Under the pieces are notes generated by a model. It saw only the letters and a program-made list of their open reading frames with translations, was not told the origin of the DNA and ran no database searches. A DNA stretch of 57,857 bases, from NCBI GenBank assembly GCA_016218485.1, contig JACRDY010000041.1:1-57857 (forward strand), read 5' to 3'. Shown here one piece after another: positions 9,272-17,478 of the stretch. A program made the position numbers and the translations under genes. How positions within the stretch are numbered: the stretch's first letter is position 1; each line of letters starts with the position of its first letter. This stretch comes from Candidatus Falkowbacteria bacterium. Lineage in GTDB: Bacteria > Patescibacteriota > Patescibacteriia > JACRDY01.

Positions 9272-9352
9272 GTATGTCGTATATGGTATGTGATATGTGG
9301 GGCCACCCACTACCCCCCATATACCATATACGACATACCATATACTAGATAC
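9272..9352. repeat. Inverted heptamer array, GTATATG/CATATAC family
   Basis: gtatgtc gtatatg gtatgtg ... catatac catatac gacatac catatac. Confidence 0.85.
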
Positions 9353-9359
9353 TTATTTT

Positions 9360-10514
9360 ATGAAAATCGCTCAAGTAACCTGCGTCTTTCCTCCATACAA
9401 AGGCGGCATGGGTAATGTGGCCTTCCATTACAGTTGGGAACTGGCCAAACTCGGCCACCAGATTACCGTCTTCACGCCGCACTACCGGACACGGACGGAG
9501 CAGTTCAAAGATTTCACCATCAAGAGTCTGGTGCCATGGCTCAAATACGGTCACGGGTATTTTTTGCCGCAGCTGCTGTGGGAACTGCGGCAGTTTGACA
9601 TTGTCCACTTGCACTATCCGTTTCTCGGCAGCGAGCTGCCGGTCGGCCTCTTGAAACAGCTGCGACCAAACAAAACCAAGCTGGTGGTGACGTATCACAT
9701 GGACTTGATTGGCAGCGGCTGGCTGGCCAAGTATTTCGCTTGGCACGTCCGCCATTTCACCCCCTGGATTATGAAGCTGGCCGACAAGGTGATCGTGACT
9801 TCACGGGATTATGTGGCGACATCTCAAATAGCCCCACTCTTGGGCACGTACGTTGATAAAATTGTGGAAATACCGCTGGGCGCCGATACCTGGATTCTGC
9901 AGCCCGCGCCCAAAGATAAAGAATTGCTGCATCACCATCGTCTGACCCCGGGAACTAAAGTCATTCTCTTTGTCGCGGCACTGGATCGCGCGCATTACTT
10001 CAAGGGGCTGGATAATCTCTTGCAGGCCATGACCCGGCTGCAGGATGTACCACCAGTGCGGCTGATGGTCATCGGCCGCGGTCATCTGCGCGAGACCTAT
10101 GAACAGCGGGCGGCCGAGCTGAATCTGGGAGATGCGGTAGAGTTCGTCGGCTATGTCGGCGACTGGGACTTGGTGAAGTATTACAACTTGTGTGATCTCT
10201 TTGTCCTGCCGTCAACGGATCGGTCGGAAGCCTTTGGCCTGGTCTATACCGAGGCCATGGCCTGCGCTAAGCCGGTGATTGGTTCAAATTTGGCGGGCGT
10301 GCGCAGCGTGATTGAGGATGGGGTCAACGGCCTCTTGGTTGAGCCGAATAATATTGAAGATCTGGCGCAGAAGATGAGAACTATTTTAACGAATGATGAT
10401 CTGGCGGCGCGGTTCGGCGCGGCCGGCCTGAAGAAAGTTCAGGAAAAGTATAATTGGCGCTCAATCGCGGGGCAGCTTGATCAGCTCTACCAGCAGGTGC
10501 GTTCATCTCTATGA
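9360..10514 (+). CDS. GT4 glycosyltransferase
   Basis: MKIAQV start (the ORF-track extension lies in the repeat); KGLDNLL, SEAFGLVYTEAMACAKPVIGS. Confidence 0.92.
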   Translation: MKIAQVTCVFPPYKGGMGNVAFHYSWELAKLGHQITVFTPHYRTRTEQFKDFTIKSLVPWLKYGHGYFLPQLLWELRQFDIVHLHYPFLGSELPVGLLKQLRPNKTKLVVTYHMDLIGSGWLAKYFAWHVRHFTPWIMKLADKVIVTSRDYVATSQIAPLLGTYVDKIVEIPLGADTWILQPAPKDKELLHHHRLTPGTKVILFVAALDRAHYFKGLDNLLQAMTRLQDVPPVRLMVIGRGHLRETYEQRAAELNLGDAVEFVGYVGDWDLVKYYNLCDLFVLPSTDRSEAFGLVYTEAMACAKPVIGSNLAGVRSVIEDGVNGLLVEPNNIEDLAQKMRTILTNDDLAARFGAAGLKKVQEKYNWRSIAGQLDQLYQQVRSSL

Positions 10515-11608
10515 AAATTTGCGTCATCAATAGCCTCTATCCGCCCTTTGTGCGTGGCGGAGCAGAAGTCGTGGCCCAGGAGGATGTCGCTCGACACCGC
10601 GCCAAGGGCGACGATGTTTTTGTGATTACGGTCAAGCCGTGGGGCGGGTGGCGTTCGCTCTGCGCTCGGCTCGAGAATCAGCAGGGTGTCCGGGTTTACC
10701 GATTTTACCCGTTGAATATTTTTTCTTTTATTACTATTGATCGCCATAGTTGGCTGACGCGGATCGTTTGGCATTTTATGGATTTTTTTAATCTGCAGAG
10801 CTATTTTTGCATTAAGAAAATTTTACAGAAAGAGCAGCCAGACTTGGTCGTCAGCCATAATGTCAAAGGTCTCGGCTATTTGACCTGGTCAGCGATTCGG
10901 CATAGTGGCTGCCGCTATCAGCAGGTGATGCACGATGTGCAGCTGGCGGTGCCGTCCGGCCTGCTCCATTGGGGCCAAGAAAAGAAATTGTCCGGATCGG
11001 TCTATCGTCTGTACGCGGCGCTCTGTCGCCGCCTGATCGGCTCGCCCGGCGAAGTGATCTGTCCCTCACAGTGGCTGATGGACTTCTATACCAGCAGAGG
11101 ATTTTTCCCGCGCTCCAAAAAGACTGTCAGCGTGGCGTTTGGGGCGCTGCCGCCCATCACCCCGCTGTCGGTTCCGCCGAACTTAGATACACTCCGGCTC
11201 GTGTACGTGGGGCAGATGGCGGCGCACAAGGGCATTGAGTGGCTGATTCACGCTTTGCAGGAGGGTTTGCGCGTTCAGTGGACGCTGGATATTGTTGGCG
11301 ATGGACCGCGGCTCGGCGCAGTGCAGACATTAGCCGCGGCAGATTCTCGGCTGCGCGTCCATGGCCGGCTTGACGGCGCGGCGCGCGATGAGGTGATTCG
11401 CGCCGGGCAGATTACGGTCGTGCCGTCGCTGGTCTATGAGAATTCGCCGACGATTATTCCCTTCAGTTTGTCGCTCGGCCGGCCGGTGCTGGCCGCCACT
11501 ATCGGCGGTATTCCGGAGATGATTGCGCCGGGAGTCAACGGTTGGCTGTTTAGGCCGGGGGATAAAAATGATTTTTTACGCTGTTTGATACAGATGATTA
11601 GTGGGTAA
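10511..11608 (+). CDS. GT4 glycosyltransferase
   Basis: MKICVINSLYPP..GGAE, HKGIEWL, YENSP...GRPVLAATIGGIPE; ATGA overlap with the preceding gene. Confidence 0.9.
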   Translation: MKICVINSLYPPFVRGGAEVVAQEDVARHRAKGDDVFVITVKPWGGWRSLCARLENQQGVRVYRFYPLNIFSFITIDRHSWLTRIVWHFMDFFNLQSYFCIKKILQKEQPDLVVSHNVKGLGYLTWSAIRHSGCRYQQVMHDVQLAVPSGLLHWGQEKKLSGSVYRLYAALCRRLIGSPGEVICPSQWLMDFYTSRGFFPRSKKTVSVAFGALPPITPLSVPPNLDTLRLVYVGQMAAHKGIEWLIHALQEGLRVQWTLDIVGDGPRLGAVQTLAAADSRLRVHGRLDGAARDEVIRAGQITVVPSLVYENSPTIIPFSLSLGRPVLAATIGGIPEMIAPGVNGWLFRPGDKNDFLRCLIQMISG

Positions 11609-11664
11609 GATTTTGTTTTTACTGTTGGTTGTTGTTGTGTTAAAATATAACTGCTATTCTTTAG

Positions 11665-11930
11665 CTAAAAATTATTAATACCTATGAATCTACGAATAAA
11701 GCCGAAATAGCCCGTTCCTCTCCAATCCATCAGAGAGGCCAGGTGAGGTTGCCGGAGTTTTAGTTAGGTAATACGGCTCCCACCCCCTCTCGCCTCCGTA
11801 AGCTTCGGCTCTACCCCGAAGTATCGGGGCAGAGACCTCAGCAACGGAGGCGTCTCCCCCCGCATTGTGCGGGGCAGGGGGAGTTACGGTGGGTAATTCG
11901 TACATTTGTACGGATTCGTAATTCGTAGGA
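11665..11930. other. Nested multi-hairpin intergenic element bounded by TACGAAT/ATTCGTA repeats
   Basis: Stems cgcctccgt/acggaggcg, ctctaccccga/tcggggcagag and ctccccc/gggggag. Confidence 0.5.
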
Positions 11931-11939
11931 TATAATAGT

Positions 11940-12182
11940 ATGGATGATGAAATGAAAAAAATGCTGATTGACTACTTGGCCAAGACCGACGCCATGTCCG
12001 CTGATATCAAGAAAATCAAGCGGTATATCTTGATAGATCAGATCATGTCAGTGCTGAAGATTTTTTTGATTCTCATTCCGCTGATTGTGGCGATCATTTA
12101 TCTGCCGCCGTTTCTCCGTACTGCGTTGGAACAAGTCCAGTCTCTCTATAATCTTGGCGGGAGCGGGGATCTGTCTTTCTAA
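11940..12182 (+). CDS. Small membrane protein, function unknown
   Basis: 80 aa with one hydrophobic segment; TATAAT at 11931-11936 just upstream. Confidence 0.7.
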   Translation: MDDEMKKMLIDYLAKTDAMSADIKKIKRYILIDQIMSVLKIFLILIPLIVAIIYLPPFLRTALEQVQSLYNLGGSGDLSF

Positions 12183-12184
12183 CT

Positions 12185-12242
12185 TTAGCCTGGGTTTTTC
12201 AACCCAAGGCAGATCCGCCTTTGGCGGAAAAACCCAGGCTAA
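12185..12242. repeat. Palindrome TTAGCCTGGGTTTTTC/GAAAAACCCAGGCTAA with a nested TCCGCCTTTGGCGGA hairpin
   Basis: 16-bp perfect inverted repeat; related palindromes at 42183-42210 and 56298-56319. Confidence 0.75.
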
Positions 12243-12258
12243 CCAACCATTTCTAAAT

Positions 12259-12579
12259 ATGACTGATTTTTCGGAGCGCGTGTATCGTCTAGTCGCCACC
12301 ATTCCGACGGGTCGCGTCAGCACCTATGGCACGCTCGCCTCTGCTCTGGGTGGAAGGCAGTATGCGCGCGCGGTTGGTATGGCTCTCAAAAACAACACTC
12401 ACCCCTTTGTTCACCCCGGCGCCAAACACTGCGTTCCGTGCCATCGAGTCGTTTGCGCTGACGGCCGTCTGGGTGGATTTAATCGGGGACGAGCCGCCAA
12501 ACGGAAGTTATTGGTGGCTGAAGGAGTAGTAATTAAAAAGGGTAAAATTAATTTTGATCAGTATTTGTTTAGGGGTTAG
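12259..12579 (+). CDS. MGMT/Ogt-family DNA alkyltransferase-like protein
   Basis: FSERVYRLVATIPTGRVSTYG, ARAVG, active-site VPCHRVV, GGF. Confidence 0.88.
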   Translation: MTDFSERVYRLVATIPTGRVSTYGTLASALGGRQYARAVGMALKNNTHPFVHPGAKHCVPCHRVVCADGRLGGFNRGRAAKRKLLVAEGVVIKKGKINFDQYLFRG

Positions 12580-12611
12580 GAGGTTATAGGGTTAATTTAA
12601 TCTATGTCATT

Positions 12612-13277
12612 TTGAAGGCGGACCATCAGGTAGCCAAAGCAGCTATTCCGCAAGACACTCGGATCTTTGGTATTCATGGTCCAGAAGAAGGTCTGACACT
12701 GAGAGAGGATGGTAGTGTGGCAAAACAAAAAATCGGGGGTGAAGCTCTCTGGAATTTTGGCGGGCCAGGACTCTGTTTACCCAACGCGGTTTTAGTTGAT
12801 CATCAGTCGGCGGTTGATTATTATTTTAACCAAACGGCTGATATTCATTCAATGGTTGGCCATGAGCGGCGACGAGTTGTTGAGCGGCTGACAGAACAAT
12901 ACGGCCAAGAGACTGTCAATATCTGGCTGGATCCGGATGACGACAATCCCTTGCGGTTTATGAATCATTCGTGTGATCCGAGTGCGCTCCGTTTCGGAGC
13001 CTTCGCGGTCTTTGCCAAAACTGATATTGCGCCCGGGCAGGCGGTAATGATTGATTATTCTACGCTGGAAGCTAATCCTGATTGGCAGATGGAATGCCAC
13101 TGCGGCGCCCTGAATTGCCGGGGGATTATTCGCAGTCTTCAATTTTTGCCGCCGGCGGACATTGATCAGTATTGGCTGAAGCTGCCCAATTTTATGAGAG
13201 CCATTTATCCAGCACCTTCCAGAATACCCCGTCAGCTTGCTGCGGGTTATTCTGGAAGGTGCTGGATAAATGGCTGA
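12612..13277 (+). CDS. SET-domain lysine methyltransferase with post-SET motif
   Basis: RFMNHSCDP, DIAPGQAVMIDY, post-SET CHCGALNCRG; TTG start uncertain; C-terminus supplied by a MITE. Confidence 0.82.
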   Translation: MKADHQVAKAAIPQDTRIFGIHGPEEGLTLREDGSVAKQKIGGEALWNFGGPGLCLPNAVLVDHQSAVDYYFNQTADIHSMVGHERRRVVERLTEQYGQETVNIWLDPDDDNPLRFMNHSCDPSALRFGAFAVFAKTDIAPGQAVMIDYSTLEANPDWQMECHCGALNCRGIIRSLQFLPPADIDQYWLKLPNFMRAIYPAPSRIPRQLAAGYSGRCWING

Positions 13278-13330
13278 GAGAGTATGTCTGTAGAGTGTAA
13301 TACCCCGACAGGAAGGTGCTGGATTTATTT
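13203..13330. mobile_element. MITE/REPIN-like element, ATCCAGCAC family, copy 1
   Basis: atttatccagcaccttccagaatacccc...ttattctggaaggtgctggataaat...gacaggaaggtgctggatttattt. Confidence 0.8.
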
Positions 13331-13421
13331 AGAGACGGCTCAACAGAAATATCATTCGCCGACTGATCAAAAGATTTTAACTAGATTAAAAAAGTCACCA
13401 AGCGGGGATTAAGCGAACAAT

Positions 13422-14531
13422 ATGAAAGAATCAGCAGTTGTCAGCAGCATTATTGCCCTGCAAACCAAGATTGCCGAGACTTGGCGGCTGTTGGATTTGG
13501 ATACCACAAAAAGAAAAATTGCCGCCTTGGAAAGTCAAACCAGCCAGCCGGATTTTTGGTCTGATCAAGAGAATGCTAAAAAAGTTTCTCAAGGGCTGGC
13601 CGCGCTACAGACAGAATGGCACCAGTGGAATACATTGAAGCAAGAGGTGGCTGATTTGGTGGAGATCGCTCGCCTGGACAAAGATGATCAGGGCGTTAAT
13701 CTTAAGGCGGAAACTGAAGAGAAATATTTTGAGCTGGCAAAACGATTCAGCGAGCTGGAGTTCACCATACTGTTTAACGGCGAGTATGACCGCGACAACG
13801 CGGTGGTGGCCATTCACGCCGGGGCTGGTGGAGTGGACGCGCAGGATTGGGCGGAGATGCTGCAGCGGATGATTTTGAAGTTTTGCGAACAGAAAAATTT
13901 TACTGTCACCATCCTTGACACGGCGCGGGGCGCGGAAGCCGGCATCAAGGGTGTGGTGATGGAAGTAGTTGGCCGCTATGCGTATGGCTGTCTCAAAAGC
14001 GAGAGCGGCGTGCACCGGCTGGTGCGCATTTCACCCTTTGACGCCGAGAAAATGCGCCATACCTCGTTTGCCATGGTGGAAGTGATTCCAGAGCTGGACG
14101 ACGTGGCCGACGTGAATATTAAGGATGAGGATCTGCGGATTGACGTGTTCCGCTCTGGGGGCAAAGGCGGTCAGAGTGTCAACACTACGGACTCGGCGGT
14201 CAGGATCGTGCACATTCCCACGGGCATTACGGTCAACTGTCAGAACGAGCGCAGCCAGCGGCAGAATAAAGAGCACGCGCTCAAAATTTTGAAGTCTAAA
14301 CTGCACCAGTACTACCAGACGGAAGTGGAAGAGGAGCGGCAGCGTCTGCGCGGCCAATTCACCGCCGCGGCCTGGGGCAACCAAGCGCGCTCGTACGTGT
14401 TACAACCCTACAAACTAGTGAAAGATCACCGGAGTGGATATGAAACCAATGACGTGGAGGGGGTTTTAGCGGGAGAGCTGCAGTTGTTCGTGGAAGCTTA
14501 TTTAAAAAAGTTGAAAGTTATAAAGTTATAA
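13422..14531 (+). CDS. prfB: Peptide chain release factor 2
   Basis: GAGGVDAQDWAEML, ESGVHRLVRISPF (SPF), GGKGGQ; continuous reading frame. Confidence 0.96.
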   Translation: MKESAVVSSIIALQTKIAETWRLLDLDTTKRKIAALESQTSQPDFWSDQENAKKVSQGLAALQTEWHQWNTLKQEVADLVEIARLDKDDQGVNLKAETEEKYFELAKRFSELEFTILFNGEYDRDNAVVAIHAGAGGVDAQDWAEMLQRMILKFCEQKNFTVTILDTARGAEAGIKGVVMEVVGRYAYGCLKSESGVHRLVRISPFDAEKMRHTSFAMVEVIPELDDVADVNIKDEDLRIDVFRSGGKGGQSVNTTDSAVRIVHIPTGITVNCQNERSQRQNKEHALKILKSKLHQYYQTEVEEERQRLRGQFTAAAWGNQARSYVLQPYKLVKDHRSGYETNDVEGVLAGELQLFVEAYLKKLKVIKL

Positions 14532-14586
14532 AGTTGAAAGTCAAATTAATCAACTTTATAACTTTCAACTTTATAACTTTATAACT
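14507..14586. repeat. Inverted heptamer array, AAAGTT(A/G) family
   Basis: (aaagttg/aaagtta)n followed by (aacttta/aactttc)n; overlaps the prfB stop codon. Confidence 0.85.
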
Positions 14587-15510
14587 ATGAAAATTATCGT
14601 TACCGGCGGCGCCGGCTTTATTGCTTCGCATCTGGTGGATCGTCTCATTCATCTGGGGCACCGGGTGGTGGTCGTAGATGACTTGTCTACGGGTAAAAGA
14701 AAAAATCTCAACCCGCGGGCCAAATTTTACCGGCTGGATATTGGTAGTGCTAAACTCGCCGCGGTCTTTAAAAAAGAGCGCCCCCAGGTGGTATTCCACC
14801 TCGCGGCGCAGATGAGCGTGCGACAGTCGGTGGCCGATCCGCTGTTTGACAGCCGGGTCAATATTCTTGGTTCCATTAATCTTTTAGAGCAGTGCAAAAA
14901 ATATAAAGTGAAAAAAATAATTTTTTCGTCCACCGGCGGGGCGCTGTACGGTGAGGCGCCGCGGCAGTTTCTACCAACGCGCGAGAGCTACCCGGCGCAG
15001 CCGCTGTCACCCTATGGTATCGCCAAATTATCGGTGGAGTATTACTTAAATTATTATTACGAAATTTTCGGTTTGCGGTTTGTGGCGCTCCGCTTCAGTA
15101 ATGTCTACGGGCCGCGGCAGAATGCTCATGGCGAAGCTGGGGTGGTAGCAATTTTCTGCGACGCAGTCCTACATCAGCGCCGTGCGGTGATCAACGGCAC
15201 CGGGCAGCAGACGCGGGATTATGTTTTTGTCGGCGACGTGGTCAACGCCGCCATTCTTGCCATGCGCAAAAATGTCGTCGGCAGTTTCAATATCGGCACC
15301 GGCAAGGAAACGAGTGTCAATGATATTTTTAAGAAAATCGTCAAAGCGGCCGGGGTTCAAATTTCACCAAAATACGGGGCGGCCAAAGAGGGCGAGCAGC
15401 GGCGCAGCGCACTGCACTGCGGCCGAGCGCGGCAGCAACTGGGCTGGCAGCCGCAGGTGAGCCTGGAGCAGGGGATTGGGAAGACGGTTCGGTGGTTCGC
15501 GGAGCAATAA
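14587..15510 (+). CDS. galE: UDP-glucose 4-epimerase-like SDR enzyme
   Basis: GGAGFIASH, FHLAAQ, SSTGGALYG, YGIAK, NVYGPRQ. Confidence 0.85.
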   Translation: MKIIVTGGAGFIASHLVDRLIHLGHRVVVVDDLSTGKRKNLNPRAKFYRLDIGSAKLAAVFKKERPQVVFHLAAQMSVRQSVADPLFDSRVNILGSINLLEQCKKYKVKKIIFSSTGGALYGEAPRQFLPTRESYPAQPLSPYGIAKLSVEYYLNYYYEIFGLRFVALRFSNVYGPRQNAHGEAGVVAIFCDAVLHQRRAVINGTGQQTRDYVFVGDVVNAAILAMRKNVVGSFNIGTGKETSVNDIFKKIVKAAGVQISPKYGAAKEGEQRRSALHCGRARQQLGWQPQVSLEQGIGKTVRWFAEQ

Positions 15511-15523
15511 GTTTTAAAATCCT

Positions 15524-15690
15524 CATTATGAATAAATCCCAAATTCCAAGTTTCAAATCCCAATGAGTGAAAATGCCAAAGTTCAAAATCCAAATGTCCA
15601 ATCAATGCCTAATGACAAAGTTCAAATGGTGAGTTTATTTGACATTTGAGCTTTGAACTTGATTTGTCATTTGGATTTTGAACTTTGGAA
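15524..15690. repeat. Dispersed inverted array, AAGTTCAA family
   Basis: Shares aatcaatgcctaatgacaaagttcaaa and gtgagtttatttgacatt with 17331. Confidence 0.8.
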
Positions 15691-15705
15691 TTTTTTGTAA
15701 AGTAT

Positions 15706-16263
15706 ATGTTGGTAGTCAAAAACAATCAAGCCGGTTTAAAAAAGGCGGCAGCTGTTTTACGAGCCGGCGGCGTGGCACTCTGGCCCAGTGACACCACCTA
15801 TATTCTGGCTGGGGTGTTTGATAATCCCGCGGCAATCAAAAAAATTTTGCAAATCAAACAGCGGCGCAGTGAGCGGTTTATCCTAATTGCCGCTAGTTTA
15901 GCGCAAGTCAAAAAATTTTTTAGATTCAGCGCGGCGCAGGAGCAATTAGCCAAAAAATTCTGGCCCGGGCCGCTGTCTATTGCCATTGGCAGCACGTTCG
16001 CGGTGCGGGTGCCGGCTGACACAGCGGCACGCGATTTGGCCGCGGCGGCGGGCAGTCCTCTGATTGCCACGTCGGCTAATCGCAGCGGCCGGCCGCCGCG
16101 ATACAGTTTCAATACCGCCAGCAGAGAGTTTTCCCGACAGAAATATCAGCCGGATGTGGCCTTGAACGCAGGGCAACTGCCCAAGGTGCTGCCGTCCACG
16201 GTCGTGAAAGTTGCGCGGGGTAGGGTGACGGTGCTGCGACAGGGACCGATTGTAATACGATGA
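15706..16263 (+). CDS. tsaC: L-threonylcarbamoyladenylate synthase (Sua5/YrdC/TsaC family)
   Basis: PSDTTY, KILQIKQR, FWPGPLS, AVRVP, ATSANRSG, PSTVV. Confidence 0.85.
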   Translation: MLVVKNNQAGLKKAAAVLRAGGVALWPSDTTYILAGVFDNPAAIKKILQIKQRRSERFILIAASLAQVKKFFRFSAAQEQLAKKFWPGPLSIAIGSTFAVRVPADTAARDLAAAAGSPLIATSANRSGRPPRYSFNTASREFSRQKYQPDVALNAGQLPKVLPSTVVKVARGRVTVLRQGPIVIR

Positions 16264-16433
16264 CCAAGTTTTAAATTGTAAATTTAAAAATGCCAAAGTT
16301 CAAAATCTCAAGTTCAAAGTTCAAATCAAGTTCAAAATCCCAAGTTCAAACCATCCACCGTTGGTACTGTTTGAACTTTGTCATTGGGCATTGATTTGAA
16401 CTTTGAACTTGAGATTTTGAACTTTGAACTTAA
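16264..16433. repeat. Dispersed inverted array, AAGTTCAA family
   Basis: Central tccaccgttggta spacer and right-arm core shared with 54376. Confidence 0.85.
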
Positions 16434-16439
16434 ACCATT

Positions 16440-17279
16440 ATGGATCTCACCGACATCAATATCATTCATCAGCTGTTAGACAAGTACGCCCTGACTCCCA
16501 CCAAGAGCAAGGGTCAGAATTTTTTGATTGATCGTGGAGCGCTGGCAGAGGTCATGGCGGCGGCAGAGTTGACGCCTGATGACGCGGTCTTGGAAATCGG
16601 GCCGGGGCTGGGCGTGTTGACGCGGGAGCTGGCGGCTACTGCCAAGACAGTATTGAGCGTGGAAGTGGACGCGCCGGCAGTGCGCGCGCTGCGTCATACG
16701 CTGGCCGACTTGGCGAACGTAGAAGTCCTTCAAGCCGATATCTTGAAATTGAAAAATCAAGAGATCAGCGACCGTCTCGGCGGGCCGTACCAGCTGGTGG
16801 CCAATCTGCCCTACAATATCACGGGGCGGGTACTGCGCAAATTTTTGAGCTATCCGCCGCGGCCAACGAGCGTGACCCTGATGGTGCAGAAAGAAGTGGC
16901 CGAGCGCCTGACCGCGTTGCCGGGCAAGATGAGTATTTTGGCAGTAGCGGCGCAGGTCTATGGTACGGTGGAGCTGGTCGCCGTGGTCAGTCGCCAGAGT
17001 TTTTACCCGGCGCCGGAGGTGGATTCGGCCATCGTGCATCTGGCCGGTTTTGGGCAAGACCGGCTGAATCTTAAAGGGGTGGATGAGCAGCGCTTTTGGC
17101 AGCTGGTCAAAATCGGTTTTTCCTCACGGCGCAAACAGCTGCAGAACAACCTGTCCGCGGGCCTAAAAATGACGAAAGACGCGGTAAAAGAGCATCTTAT
17201 CGCGGCCGGGCTGGATCCGCAGATCAGAGCCCAGGACTTGTCTATAGATGACTGGCTACGGCTCGCGAAAAAATTTTGA
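16440..17279 (+). CDS. rsmA: 16S rRNA m6(2)A1518/1519 dimethyltransferase
   Basis: KSKGQNFL, VLEIGPGLG, VANLPYNI, MVQKEVAER, FYPAPEVDS. Confidence 0.96.
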   Translation: MDLTDINIIHQLLDKYALTPTKSKGQNFLIDRGALAEVMAAAELTPDDAVLEIGPGLGVLTRELAATAKTVLSVEVDAPAVRALRHTLADLANVEVLQADILKLKNQEISDRLGGPYQLVANLPYNITGRVLRKFLSYPPRPTSVTLMVQKEVAERLTALPGKMSILAVAAQVYGTVELVAVVSRQSFYPAPEVDSAIVHLAGFGQDRLNLKGVDEQRFWQLVKIGFSSRRKQLQNNLSAGLKMTKDAVKEHLIAAGLDPQIRAQDLSIDDWLRLAKKF

Positions 17280-17330
17280 CCGGCAGGTCAATTTTTTGTA
17301 TAATTACATTGTTCCAATAGTAAGTTATAT

Positions 17331-17466
17331 CCCAAGCACCAAGCCTTAATAAAGTTCAAAGTTCAAAACCAAAAGTTCAAATCAATGCCTAATGACAAAG
17401 TTCAAAGGGTGAGTTTATTTGACATTAGAGCTTTGAACTTTGAATTTTGAACTTTGGAATTGAACT
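17331..17466. repeat. Dispersed inverted array, AAGTTCAA family
   Basis: aaagttcaaatcaatgcctaatgacaaagttcaaa ... (ttgaact)n. Confidence 0.8.
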
Positions 17467-17478
17467 ATTTTTCCTAAT

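Noticed and set aside
11700-11900. RNase P, SRP, tmRNA or 6S RNA
   Set aside because: No GAGGAAAGUCC, SRP helix-8 or tRNA-like end motifs were seen on either strand; kept only as an unexplained structure
17268-17298. Hairpin aaaattttgacc-ggca-ggtcaatttttt as a novel element (also 2432-2463 and 69-95)
   Set aside because: These look like ordinary intrinsic terminators at gene ends
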